From: Elusimicrobiota bacterium
GTDB lineage: Bacteria > Elusimicrobiota > Elusimicrobia > UBA1565 > UBA9628
Direction: 5' to 3'
Length of the DNA stretch: 37,428 nucleotides
NCBI GenBank assembly: GCA_027319565.1
Contig: DAHVNA010000018.1
Span: 1-37,428 of the forward strand
A model generated the notes under the pieces. The model saw only the letters and a list, made by a program, of their open reading frames with translations. It was not told the origin of the DNA and did no database searches. Of the stretch, positions 1 through 9,139 are shown piece after piece (the first letter of the stretch is position 1; the number at the start of each line of letters is the position of its first letter). The position numbers and the translations under genes were made by a program.

Positions 1-1588
1 TCCCGGAAGAAGTCTCAAAAGAAGATCGTTTCAGTTTCTCTTCCAGGGCGTCCAAAGCGTCGGAGAAATCTTTCGGGCGGGAAATCCGGTCAAGCAGAGA
101 AAGAGATTCCAGCCCCGACATAAAGAGCTCCCAAGTTTCTATTTCTTGACTTGAAGCGTCCTTGGGCAATTTAAAGAATTTTTCAATTAAAGCCCGCGCG
201 GTTTTAGAAAAATCGGACCACGAAAGGGGTTTATGGTTCAAACTTTCTTTCAAGAAAAGCAAAAACTCCCAAAGAAAAGCCGCCGATTCACGCGAGAAGT
301 CCTTGGAGAAACTCATTTTTTTTAAAGCCTCTTGCGATAAGCGCCCTTTCCACTGAAGCCAGCCGCCGCCCATTTTCAAACTCCGAATAATCCGGCGCGC
401 TTCCGATGTCCATTCCCGAGCGAGGTTTCCCGGGTCGAAATAGGGAGAAGAAATAACGTCTTCTACCGAAAAAGCGGGAAAATCCCGCCGAGCAAGACTT
501 AGAAAATTAAAAAGGGTTTTCGCCAGAGGGCGGCGTAACATGGGCTCTTGAGCCTTCATGTCATAAACGATTTTATTTTCCTCAAAAACGCGGGCGATGG
601 AACTTCGGGCAAAATCAAGCGAGCGAAAAACCACCCCAATTTCATCAAAGCCCACTTTCTCTTCCTCGACCAAGCGCAGTATTTCCTTGGCGGCAAACCA
701 GATCTCATCTTCTATTCCGGAAGCGGAAACTAGGCGAATAGGCGGCGCGGCTAAGACCGGTTTAAGCGAAGAAGCGAAAAGATTTTCCAGGACAGTCCCC
801 AAAGGCCGGCCCTCAAAGCCCAAACCCAACTCCGTTAAATCATGAGCGGCGAGCTTCTGCTCAAAAAAATCTTTCGCGAAGGCAAAAGCGGGATGAGATT
901 TCGCATATGGAAAAAACAGGCGGCAGGGATGGGATTTTGTCACATTCTCGAAAAAATCAAGCTGAAGACCCGTCAAATCATAGAACCCGTAATAAATAAT
1001 CTCCTGGAATTGCCCCAAGAAACGGGATTTTTCCGATTTTTGGGCGGCCAAGCGCACTAATTCCGCCATCGAGAAAATTTTCAATTCTTTTAACTTCTCC
1101 CGATAAAGTTGGGCAAAAAGAGACAAAGACTTAAGGGCTTGAGATCCCTCAAATTCAAGCTCGTCTTGATAGGCGCTTAAATCATCGAAGACAAGGCCCG
1201 CGTCAATTAAATCTCGGAGGCTTGAGCGCAAGCTCTCTGAAAAGGCTTTGGGCCTTTTCGATTTTTTGGGCCAAAGGGAATCCGGCAGTTCAGTTTCCGC
1301 CAAGGAATCCACCAGGCGATTAAAAAAGAGCGGCTCGGAAATAAAAACCCCGTCCAAGGGCTCTTCTTCCCGAAGAATAGACCAGGCCAGACTGTAAAAG
1401 GTGTGAAAATGAACATTGAGAAGAGGAATTTGTTTTTCAACAGCCAATAAACGCTCTAGGCGCAAGGCCAGTCGCCGGGAAGGAACCACCACGCAGATAG
1501 GCGCGGGGCCGCGCGAGAGGATTTCTTTAATATCTAGGACCAACGCTTCTTCCAGGGCCGGATGAAACGGGCCGTAACGGACAATCAT
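1..1588 (-). CDS. AddB/RexB-like helicase-nuclease subunit B (N-terminal part; runs off left edge)
   Basis: Not in the ORF track, presumably because no stop lies inside the window. Hand translation of segments from ATG 1588 (ATGA overlap with the mtaB stop) gives MIVRYGPFHPALEEALVLDIKEILSRGPAPICVVVPSRRLALRLER..VHFHTFYSLAW..IIYYGFYDLTGLQ..SGIEDEIWFAAKEILRLVEE..FDEIGVVFRS, all in one frame and matching AddB-type motifs. Not every codon was translated. Confidence 0.8.
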   Translation of the reverse strand, partial: MIVRYGPFHPALEEALVLDIKEILSRGPAPICVVVPSRRLALRLERLLAVEKQIPLLNVHFHTFYSLAWSILREEEPLDGVFISEPLFFNRLVDSLAETELPDSLWPKKSKRPKAFSESLRSSLRDLIDAGLVFDDLSAYQDELEFEGSQALKSLSLFAQLYREKLKELKIFSMAELVRLAAQKSEKSRFLGQFQEIIYYGFYDLTGLQLDFFENVTKSHPCRLFFPYAKSHPAFAFAKDFFEQKLAAHDLTELGLGFEGRPLGTVLENLFASSLKPVLAAPPIRLVSASGIEDEIWFAAKEILRLVEEEKVGFDEIGVVFRSLDFARSSIARVFEENKIVYDMKAQEPMLRRPLAKTLFNFLSLARRDFPAFSVEDVISSPYFDPGNLAREWTSEARRIIRSLKMGGGWLQWKGRLSQEALKKMSFSKDFSRESAAFLWEFLLFLKESLNHKPLSWSDFSKTARALIEKFFKLPKDASSQEIETWELFMSGLESLSLLDRISRPKDFSDALDALEEKLKRSSFETSSG

Positions 1589-2868
1589 CGCACGATGGGA
1601 AAATTCTCGCGGGCTCTTTGGGGCAGAACTTCGGCGAAAGCGTTTAAATCTTTTGAAGAATGGATTCGGACCCAGGCAAAACCGGGACCGGGATAACGGT
1701 CCAAGGAAACGCTCAGAAAATTTTCGCAGAGGCCTTCGGGCTTTCCGGGACGGCCCTCGACCACGATACGGGAAACACTCCCCACCGCATGAGACGCAAA
1801 ATCAGTTCTCAGCTGCCGGTCTAAAGCCCGAAGAGATTCCGCCCGCGACAAAATGATCTTTTCCGGAAGATGATCCGCTCTTTTTTCCGCCGCGGTTCCA
1901 GGGCGAGAAGAATACCGAAACGGATGGAGGCCGGAAAATTTCATCTCGCCAATAAAGCGAAGGCTTTCCTCGAAATCCGCATCGGATTCGCCGGGAAAAC
2001 CCGCCATGACATCGCTAAAAACCGCGCAGTTGGGAACTTTTTCGCGCAAAGCCTCAAGACGCCTTCGATAAAAGCCCGCCGTATACCAACGCCCCATCTC
2101 TTTTAAAGTTTTATCCGAGCCCGATTGAAGCGGAAGATGTAAAGACGGCGCTATTTTACCGTCCGCTCGGGACAAGAGGGCGATAAAACGGTCCGTGACA
2201 TCGGTAATCTCAAGAGACGAAAGCCGAATACGGAAATCCCCGGGGATTTCAAGCAAGCGTTCCAATAACCCGACAAAATCAATTCGGCGAGAGGCTAAAT
2301 CTGTGGAGAGGTACCGCCCGAGACGAATCCCGCACAAAACAATCTCGGGACAGCGGTTTTTAATCAAACCCTGAATTTCAGAAGAGATTTCCTCAAAAGG
2401 CCGCGCGGATAAATTCGGGCGAATGGAAGGAATGATGCAAAAAGAGCATCCCATGTCACAGCCATCTTGAATTTTGACGAAGGCGCGGGAATGCCCCCAA
2501 AAACCGGTGATAGAAGACAAATCCGGAGCCGAAGTGCAGCCAATCAAAGCCGGGATATTTTTCTTGTCTTTATTTCCGATGACGAGAGCCCCGGGCGCCG
2601 CGTTTTGAATAGCCGCCGGATCGCGCTCGGCCAAGCAACCGGTGACAATTAATTTAGCCGCGGGGTTTCTGCGATTAATCTTTCGCGCCAGTCTTAAAGC
2701 GTCTTGGTCGGCTTCTTCGGTCACCGTGCAGGTGTTGATGACGCAAAGATCCGCCGAGGCAAAATCCTCCGACACTTCCGCGAAGCGGCTCTTGGTCAAT
2801 TTTTCCCGCAGGGCTTCGGTCTCATATTGATTGACCCGGCAGCCATAGGTCTTAAAGAATGCCTTCAT
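1585..2868 (-). CDS. mtaB: tRNA t6A37 methylthiotransferase (radical SAM, MiaB-like family)
   Basis: UPF0004 N-terminus TYGCRVNQYE and INTCTVT; radical SAM motif KIQDGCDMGCSFCIIP; RIRLSSLE; HLPLQSGSD; GFPGE; short, degenerate TRAM tail. ATG at 2868 preferred over TTG at 2871. Confidence 0.88.
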   Translation of the reverse strand: MKAFFKTYGCRVNQYETEALREKLTKSRFAEVSEDFASADLCVINTCTVTEEADQDALRLARKINRRNPAAKLIVTGCLAERDPAAIQNAAPGALVIGNKDKKNIPALIGCTSAPDLSSITGFWGHSRAFVKIQDGCDMGCSFCIIPSIRPNLSARPFEEISSEIQGLIKNRCPEIVLCGIRLGRYLSTDLASRRIDFVGLLERLLEIPGDFRIRLSSLEITDVTDRFIALLSRADGKIAPSLHLPLQSGSDKTLKEMGRWYTAGFYRRRLEALREKVPNCAVFSDVMAGFPGESDADFEESLRFIGEMKFSGLHPFRYSSRPGTAAEKRADHLPEKIILSRAESLRALDRQLRTDFASHAVGSVSRIVVEGRPGKPEGLCENFLSVSLDRYPGPGFAWVRIHSSKDLNAFAEVLPQRARENFPIVR

Positions 2869-2887
2869 CAAAGTTCCCTACCCGATC

Positions 2888-3448
2888 CTAGCGGAATAAA
2901 TCGCCAAAGCTAAACTTTTTTTTCTTGGCGGGAATAAGCCCCAAGTCTTTTTTTGCCGCAAGCCATTCCGATTTTTTTAGAAGCACCTGGGCGGACAAAA
3001 TATCTCCGGACGGAGATTGAGAAACCTTATAGCCCCAAAAAGGCGCCAAGACCTCCGCGTGAAACGGCTTTAAAAAATTTTGAGGCGAATCGGAAGCCTT
3101 GGCGATTCTCAGCTCAATTTTCCACGGCCCCCCGTATTGATCGACAAAGGTCTCTTGGGCCAAGACTCCATCCGGATTTTTAAGACTTTCTTTTTTTGCC
3201 TTGGCCGTTAAGCCGTCCCAGTCCACGCTCGCCTGGAGATTCATCGCCTGGATTTTTTGGCAATCATCGGAAGAATCTTTTTTGACGCAAACAAAATAGG
3301 TAAAAGTTCCGATCTGCTCAAAGCGGTAATGATGGGCTTTGACCGAGACCAGATAATCAACGGTTTTTGAGGGGTCATCCTGCGCGAAAAGATGATGAGT
3401 GGAAAGAAAAAGAAAGAAGAGAAAAAGCGGAAAGTATTTACTTTTCAT
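2888..3448 (-). CDS. Secreted hypothetical protein (~186 aa)
   Basis: Start moved to ATG 3448 (ATGA overlap with the ispDF stop). This gives a signal peptide MKSKYFPLFLFFLFLSTHHLFA|QDD. It fills the operon gap exactly. No family recognised. Confidence 0.75.
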   Translation of the reverse strand: MKSKYFPLFLFFLFLSTHHLFAQDDPSKTVDYLVSVKAHHYRFEQIGTFTYFVCVKKDSSDDCQKIQAMNLQASVDWDGLTAKAKKESLKNPDGVLAQETFVDQYGGPWKIELRIAKASDSPQNFLKPFHAEVLAPFWGYKVSQSPSGDILSAQVLLKKSEWLAAKKDLGLIPAKKKKFSFGDLFR

Positions 3449-4611
3449 GATAGACTCGCGGGAATGAGAATGGAGGCGACCGCCTGGCAAGCCATCGCGC
3501 GGCCCTCTCCGATCGAATCAAGGCCCTCGTGAGTCTTAGCCTTGATATTGACCGAGGCCCCCGAAACACTCAACAAAGAAGCGACCGAATCCCGAATGGC
3601 CGCGTAGTGCGGCTTGATTTTTGGCTCTTCCGCTAAAATATTGACGTCGACATGAGAGATAATCGCTTTTTTTCGCGCGACTTTCTCCAAAACGGCCGCG
3701 ATAATTTCTTTGCTTGCGATTCCCTTGATTTTCGGGTTATCCGGCGGAAACATCATTCCGATTTCCCCTTCCCCCAAGGCTCCCAAAATCGCGTCGCCGA
3801 CCGCATGCAAGATGACATCGCCGTCCGAATGTCCTAAAAGCCCCTTGGAGTGGCTAATTTTAATTCCCCCCAGCCATAAATCCCGTCCTGCCACTAATTT
3901 GTGAACGTCATAGCCGATTCCGACGCAAGTGCGCTTTTGTCCGCCCATGCGCGTTTCCATTAAACTCTCCGCCATCACCAGATCCTCCGGAGTCGTAATC
4001 TTAATATTTTCGTAAGAGGCCGCAACCACCTTAACCCGGTGTCCGGATTTTTCGACCAGTTGACTCTCATCGGTCGCGTTTTTCTCATCCGAGAATTTTT
4101 GCAAGGCTTCGGCTAAAACTTCCCGGCGATAACATTGCGGCGTTTGGGCCAGCCAAAAAGAGCTGCGCACCGGAGTTCCCGAAACCCAAAGCTGCTTATT
4201 GGTCACTTTTTTTAAGGTGTCTTTGACCGGCACCGCGGCCACCGCCGCGCCCGACTCATAGGCTTCTTCCAAAACTTCATGAATGATGGTTGGAGTAATC
4301 AAGGGGCGCGCGCCGTCGTGAATGGCGATCAGATCCACATCCTCGGGAACTTCTTTAAATCCCCGGCGCACCGATTCCATCCGAGTCTCTCCCCCCTCTA
4401 CCAGATGAACCCGCTCGGAGGAAAGCCTAGATGAATGTTCCTTGATATTTTCAGCAGTCGTCACTAAAATGACTCCTTCAATTTCCGGAGTCTCCAAAAA
4501 AGCCTTGAGCGACCACTCCACCACCGTTTTCCCGGCCAAGGGCAAAAACTGCTTGGGACGGCCCATTCGCGTGCCAGAGCCGGCGGCGACAATGACCGCG
4601 AAAGAACGCAT
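3445..4611 (-). CDS. ispDF: Bifunctional MEP cytidylyltransferase / MECDP synthase (IspD-IspF fusion)
   Basis: IspD motifs AAGSGTRMG..KQF, GGETRMESV, IHDGARP, AQTPQ, ATDE, NIKITTPEDL. IspF motifs GIGYDVH, GHSDGDVILHA, NIKAKTHEGL. Confidence 0.95.
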   Translation of the reverse strand: MRSFAVIVAAGSGTRMGRPKQFLPLAGKTVVEWSLKAFLETPEIEGVILVTTAENIKEHSSRLSSERVHLVEGGETRMESVRRGFKEVPEDVDLIAIHDGARPLITPTIIHEVLEEAYESGAAVAAVPVKDTLKKVTNKQLWVSGTPVRSSFWLAQTPQCYRREVLAEALQKFSDEKNATDESQLVEKSGHRVKVVAASYENIKITTPEDLVMAESLMETRMGGQKRTCVGIGYDVHKLVAGRDLWLGGIKISHSKGLLGHSDGDVILHAVGDAILGALGEGEIGMMFPPDNPKIKGIASKEIIAAVLEKVARKKAIISHVDVNILAEEPKIKPHYAAIRDSVASLLSVSGASVNIKAKTHEGLDSIGEGRAMACQAVASILIPASLS

Positions 4612-5612
4612 CAGGCGGCCCTCTCTTCCGTGGGAACGGCCCGGGATTTCGTAAAAATCATCCGCCCGGCCGAGGTTTGGAGAATCGACATCACCACCGC
4701 ATCAACGCGCTTTCCAATGTGTTTGCGCCCGTCTTCGACGACCACCATCGTCCCATCGTCTAAATATCCCACTCCCTGCTCTTTTTCCTTTCCTTCCTTC
4801 ATCACAAAAACCGCCATACTTTCTCCAGGAAGCGCGACCGGTTTAAGGGCCAAGCCTAAATCGTTGACATTTAAGCATGTCACTCCCTGCAAAGACGCCA
4901 CCTTATTGAGGTTAAAATCGGTGGTGATCACCTTGCCGCCCAAATCGCCGGCTAAACGGATAATTTTGCCGTCGACCGACTTGATATCGGGAAAATCCGT
5001 GTCTATGATTTTAACCGGAACTTCGGAGTTTTCCTGAAGCCGGGCTAAAATATCCAATCCCCGGCGTCCGCGGGCGCGCTTCATCGAATCGGAAGAGTCG
5101 GCGAGCAAATTGAGCTCGGAGAGGACAAAGCGCGGAACGATAAAGGTCCCGGACAAAAAATGCGTTTCGGCGATATCGACCAATCGGCCGTCGATAATGG
5201 CGCTGGTGTCCAGCACTTTAAGCTCCGAGCCGCGCTTTTTTCCCATCTTCAAAATATCTCTATCCAGATCGTCAAACTCGGGCAATTTCCTAACCGCCAA
5301 AATCATGCCCAAAACCGCGAAAGCGAAATATCTAAGCGCGGCGTAGCGGGCCCAGGTCAAATAAAGAGCGTTATTGCCGATTTGAAAAACCGTGTAATCA
5401 ATTAATTTGGCGACGATAATGCCGCCGGAAGCGCCTAAGATTCCTGAAATCATGGTCAAAAGGCTGATTCCTGCGACCAGCATTTCAAAACCGACAATCA
5501 AGAGCCCCACCAAAAGCCCTATCAAAAGCCCGCGCCAGTCCTTGGTAATCTCAAAATACACAATCACCGGGCAAGACAGCACGATAAAAAACCTAAATAA
5601 CCATAGAATCAT
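4611..5612 (-). CDS. Membrane-anchored PIN/TRAM domain protein (YacL family)
   Basis: N-terminal TM helices; PIN motifs LDTSAIIDGR, RGRRGLDIL, TTDFNLNKVA; TRAM GKEKEQGVGYLDDGTMVVVE, QTSAGRMIF. Start ATG 5612 with GGAGG at 5621-5625. Confidence 0.93.
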   Translation of the reverse strand: MILWLFRFFIVLSCPVIVYFEITKDWRGLLIGLLVGLLIVGFEMLVAGISLLTMISGILGASGGIIVAKLIDYTVFQIGNNALYLTWARYAALRYFAFAVLGMILAVRKLPEFDDLDRDILKMGKKRGSELKVLDTSAIIDGRLVDIAETHFLSGTFIVPRFVLSELNLLADSSDSMKRARGRRGLDILARLQENSEVPVKIIDTDFPDIKSVDGKIIRLAGDLGGKVITTDFNLNKVASLQGVTCLNVNDLGLALKPVALPGESMAVFVMKEGKEKEQGVGYLDDGTMVVVEDGRKHIGKRVDAVVMSILQTSAGRMIFTKSRAVPTEERAA

Positions 5613-5613
5613 T

Positions 5614-6996
5614 TTATTTTCCTCCAAAAATAGCCGCTGAGGCCTGCTTAAGATCCGAAACCGGAATGGACTGAAACGATGGGGCGTTGTTTCCTTCCTT
5701 GCCGCTGGGCATCAAGGCCTTTTTAAACCCCATCTTCGCCGCTTCCTTAAGCCGCTGCTCTAAATGGGAAACGTTGCCGATATCCCCCAACAAGCTCACT
5801 TCCCCGACAATCGCCATATCCTTGGCAATAGCCGCGTCATAAGCTGAACTTAAAACAGAAGCGCATACCGCTAAATCCAAGGCGGGATCGCTGATTTTAA
5901 CGCCGCCGGCGAGATTTAAAAACACGTCTTTATCCTCAAGCCTTAAGCGCAAATGCTTTTCCATCGCCGCCAACAAGACCAAAACGCGATTGAGATCAAG
6001 ACCTGTCGCCATGCGCCTAGGAAGCGGATATTTGGTTGAAACCACCAAAGATTGAACTTCGATCAAAATAGGGCGGGAACCCTCCATCGCAATTGAAATG
6101 GCGCGCCCGGGCTTTTCATCGGCTTTGCTGCCATCAAAAAACAGCGATGAAACGCTTTTAACTTCTTTTAAGCCCGAAGCCCCCATCTCAAAAAAACCGG
6201 CTTCATCGGTGGGGCCAAAGCGATTTTTGTGCGCGCGCAAAACCCGAAAAGCGTCTTGTCTCTCCGAATCAAAATAAAGAACGGTGTCGACTATATGCTC
6301 TAAAACTCTCGGCCCCGCCACGCTGCCGTCTTTCGTCACATGTCCTAAAAGAAAGACCATCATTCCCTTATTTTTGGAAAAACGCAAAATTTGAGCGGCG
6401 CATTCCCTGACCTGGGCCACGGTGCCGGGGCTGGAATCGAGATCCGGATGATAAATGGTTTGAATGGAATCTAACACCAAAACCGCCGGGTTTAAACTCT
6501 CAAGGGCCGAAAGGATTTTGGTTAGATCGGTCTCGGACAAAAGAGATAATCGGCTTTTCTCGACGTTGAGGCGCTTGGCGCGACTGGAGATCTGATCCAA
6601 GGACTCCTCGCCGGAAACATAGAGCGTTTTTTGTCCGGCCTCAGACAATAGCGCGGCGGCTTGGAGAATCATCGTCGATTTTCCAATTCCCGGAGGACCG
6701 GCTAAAAGAGCTATTTGTCCCTTAACCAGCCCGCCTCCAAGCAAGCGATCCAGTTCAAGGACTCCGGTCGGCAAACGAAGAGCGGTCTCGGGCTTTAAAT
6801 CGGACAGGGAAACAATTTCGGAGGAAAAATCGGTTAAAAGACGCGAACGATTTTTAGAAGAGGAAGCTAAACTGCTTTCTTCGACAACCTCTTCAACCAG
6901 AGAGTTCCAGGCCTGACAAGACGGGCATTGTCCCAAAAATTTTGCGGCGCCAAAGCCGCAACTTTGGCAACGATAGACGGTTTTTAAGCGAGACAT
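5614..6996 (-). CDS. radA: DNA repair protein RadA/Sms
   Basis: Zn finger CQSC..CPSC, Walker A GPPGIGKST, YVSGEES, DSIQT, GHVTKDG, KNRFG motif, Lon-like C-terminus. Confidence 0.97.
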   Translation of the reverse strand: MSRLKTVYRCQSCGFGAAKFLGQCPSCQAWNSLVEEVVEESSLASSSKNRSRLLTDFSSEIVSLSDLKPETALRLPTGVLELDRLLGGGLVKGQIALLAGPPGIGKSTMILQAAALLSEAGQKTLYVSGEESLDQISSRAKRLNVEKSRLSLLSETDLTKILSALESLNPAVLVLDSIQTIYHPDLDSSPGTVAQVRECAAQILRFSKNKGMMVFLLGHVTKDGSVAGPRVLEHIVDTVLYFDSERQDAFRVLRAHKNRFGPTDEAGFFEMGASGLKEVKSVSSLFFDGSKADEKPGRAISIAMEGSRPILIEVQSLVVSTKYPLPRRMATGLDLNRVLVLLAAMEKHLRLRLEDKDVFLNLAGGVKISDPALDLAVCASVLSSAYDAAIAKDMAIVGEVSLLGDIGNVSHLEQRLKEAAKMGFKKALMPSGKEGNNAPSFQSIPVSDLKQASAAIFGGK

Positions 6997-7002
6997 ATCG
7001 CA

Positions 7003-8343
7003 TTATTGCCCAGGATCATGATTGGGGCTTCTCCCCTTCGATCCCGCCGCCCCGTAGGCCATCAGCCCAAAAAGGTAAGAAATATCCTTGTCTTCGAAAT
7101 TGACATGCAGCCACCCTTGAAAAACAGGATAAAGCCCGATGTCCTCGACGCGCGCCCCAACTCCCCAATATTTATTGACCCAGGCCAGTATTCCGGCATC
7201 ATAAGACGGTTTGTTAAAGACCTTCCCATTGACGATCCGGTTCTGACCGAAATCATAGGCCTGGGTGAAAAGGCTAAAGTGCTTCCCGATAGGATTCTTG
7301 TAGAAAGGAGTCAATGTCAGCCGTCCGCCTCCGGCCGAGCGGACCACTCCGACACCGAGATCATACCACTTGCCCGTGAACCCCAACATGGCGTCAACGG
7401 TGTTGAGGCGTTCATAATCATAGCCCTTAATGGGGGCATTGGTAGGATTGCCAAGGTTTTCGACCCCAACATAATAGTATCGCCCTCCCCTGGGCACAAT
7501 TCTCATCCCCACATCTGAAAGCCCGCCAGCAATCGCGGGCTCATAGCGTTCGTCAAAATTCCAAAAAATTCGGAATTGATTAATACGGCTGAGCATATCG
7601 TTGGCGGTCGAGGCCGCCTGTTTGACGCTGGCCACGGTTTCCTCGACATTCTTTTTCATCTGCGGATCATGAAGAAGAGCGCCCACGGTTCCCTCACTAG
7701 AGGCCAGACTAGTCATCATCGTATTTGACTTAGTCAGCAAGGTGTCTAGCTTGTCGGTTACGTCCCCCGTTTTAGCCATCGTTTTCTCGGCGGCGGGTTT
7801 GATCGTCGCGATCAAATCATTGAGATTGGCCGTCAATTTCCGCATATTGGCCACCGAACCGCGCAGATTTTCGACCAGAGAGCCGTTCGGCCCGGGGCCG
7901 TTTAAATCATCCAGCATTTTCTGGATGCTACCTAAGGCATGGGCGATGGAAGATTGAATATCCACCGCTTCGGTTCCAGCCACCGTCGCATTGGGAACAA
8001 TAGGGTTTGATGAGGCATGCCCCTGGTCAATTTCCAGATATTTTGAACCGATGATTCCGGTTGAACCAACCGTAAAAACGGAATCCTGATAGATGGGAAC
8101 GCCCTCTTTAATCGAGAGTTTAAGCACCACATGATCGCCTTCGAGGCGAACATCCTCGACTTGGCCGACATCGACCCCGGAGACCTTTACCGCTGCATTA
8201 CGGTTTAAATTGGCTATATCGTGGAAAGTGACATAGATAAAGTATCTCTTTCCGAAATGGTAATTTCCCAACAAGAGAATGGAGGCGGCAATCAGGGCTA
8301 AGCCAGCCGCGACAAAGGCGCCAACCTTAGACTCAAGAGACAC
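7003..8343 (-). CDS. mlaD: MlaD/MCE family protein with long helical region and C-terminal beta-barrel-like domain
   Basis: ESKVGAFV TM anchor; MCE motifs VKVSGVDVGQV and GIIGSKYLEI; helical middle ending GTVGALLHD; C-terminal aromatic, alternating beta-strands. Probable GTG start at 8343. Confidence 0.9.
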   Translation of the reverse strand: MSLESKVGAFVAAGLALIAASILLLGNYHFGKRYFIYVTFHDIANLNRNAAVKVSGVDVGQVEDVRLEGDHVVLKLSIKEGVPIYQDSVFTVGSTGIIGSKYLEIDQGHASSNPIVPNATVAGTEAVDIQSSIAHALGSIQKMLDDLNGPGPNGSLVENLRGSVANMRKLTANLNDLIATIKPAAEKTMAKTGDVTDKLDTLLTKSNTMMTSLASSEGTVGALLHDPQMKKNVEETVASVKQAASTANDMLSRINQFRIFWNFDERYEPAIAGGLSDVGMRIVPRGGRYYYVGVENLGNPTNAPIKGYDYERLNTVDAMLGFTGKWYDLGVGVVRSAGGGRLTLTPFYKNPIGKHFSLFTQAYDFGQNRIVNGKVFNKPSYDAGILAWVNKYWGVGARVEDIGLYPVFQGWLHVNFEDKDISYLFGLMAYGAAGSKGRSPNHDPGQ

Positions 8344-9139
8344 GCAAGCGTCCTTGTTCCTCGGCTTCCTCCGCCGGATCAAAATCTCGCAATTTCATAT
8401 GAATGGGGCCAACGCTTTTCCCGTCGATAAACTGGCGCACATAAGGGTTATCGCTGGATTTAATTTGTTCCGGGGTCCCTACAGCCAAAAATTTCCCTTC
8501 GTGAAGCATCGCGATATGATTGGCCACCTTATAGGCCAATTTCATATCATGCGTCACCGCGATAGAAGTCACATTCAATTTCTTTTGAAGATCCAACATT
8601 AAATCGCTAATGACATCCGACATAATCGGGTCAAGACCCGTAGTTGGTTCATCATACAAAATATAGGAGGGGTCTGAAGCGATCGCCCGAGCTAAAGCGA
8701 CCCGCTTTTTCATTCCCCCGGACAGCTCCGAAGGTTTGAGGTCCTCGACATCCTTAAGCCCCACCAATTCCAATTTTTCGGAGGCGATTTTTCGGTAACG
8801 AGACGGCGGAATGTCGGTCAAATAGCGAAGCCCAAAAGAGACATTTTCCCACACGCTCAAGGAATCAAACAAAGCGCCTTCCTGGAACAAATACCCAATT
8901 CCTCGGCGATAACGGGCCCAATCCTGTTCGCTTTCTAAGCGGCCGATGTCGATTCCGTCCACCGAAATAGTGCCCTGGTCAAGACGCGCCAAGCCGATCA
9001 CACACTTTAAAAACGTGCTTTTTCCCATGCCGGATCCGCCAATAATAATCAGAGTTTCTCCGGTCTCAACAGTCAGGTCAATCCCTTTAAGAATATCCCG
9101 ATGACCATAACTTTTTCTGACGCCTTTGGCCTCAATCAT
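8333..9139 (-). CDS. mlaF: Mla/Mkl ABC transporter ATP-binding protein
   Basis: Walker A GGSGMGKST, LFQEGALFDSLSVWENV, signature LSGGMKKRVALARA, Walker B YDEPTTGLDP, VTHD, NPYVRQF. Confidence 0.93.
   Translation of the reverse strand: MIEAKGVRKSYGHRDILKGIDLTVETGETLIIIGGSGMGKSTFLKCVIGLARLDQGTISVDGIDIGRLESEQDWARYRRGIGYLFQEGALFDSLSVWENVSFGLRYLTDIPPSRYRKIASEKLELVGLKDVEDLKPSELSGGMKKRVALARAIASDPSYILYDEPTTGLDPIMSDVISDLMLDLQKKLNVTSIAVTHDMKLAYKVANHIAMLHEGKFLAVGTPEQIKSSDNPYVRQFIDGKSVGPIHMKLRDFDPAEEAEEQGRLRVS

Noticed and set aside
162..1440. Short ORFs at the left end (162-356, 548-733, 597-845, 842-1060, 1207-1440)
   Set aside because: They are shadow or out-of-frame readings of the long minus-strand AddB-like CDS that covers this region.
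4611..5612. PIN domain as a toxin-antitoxin or defence gene
   Set aside because: It is the conserved TM-PIN-TRAM YacL family in its usual radA-ispD context, with no antitoxin.
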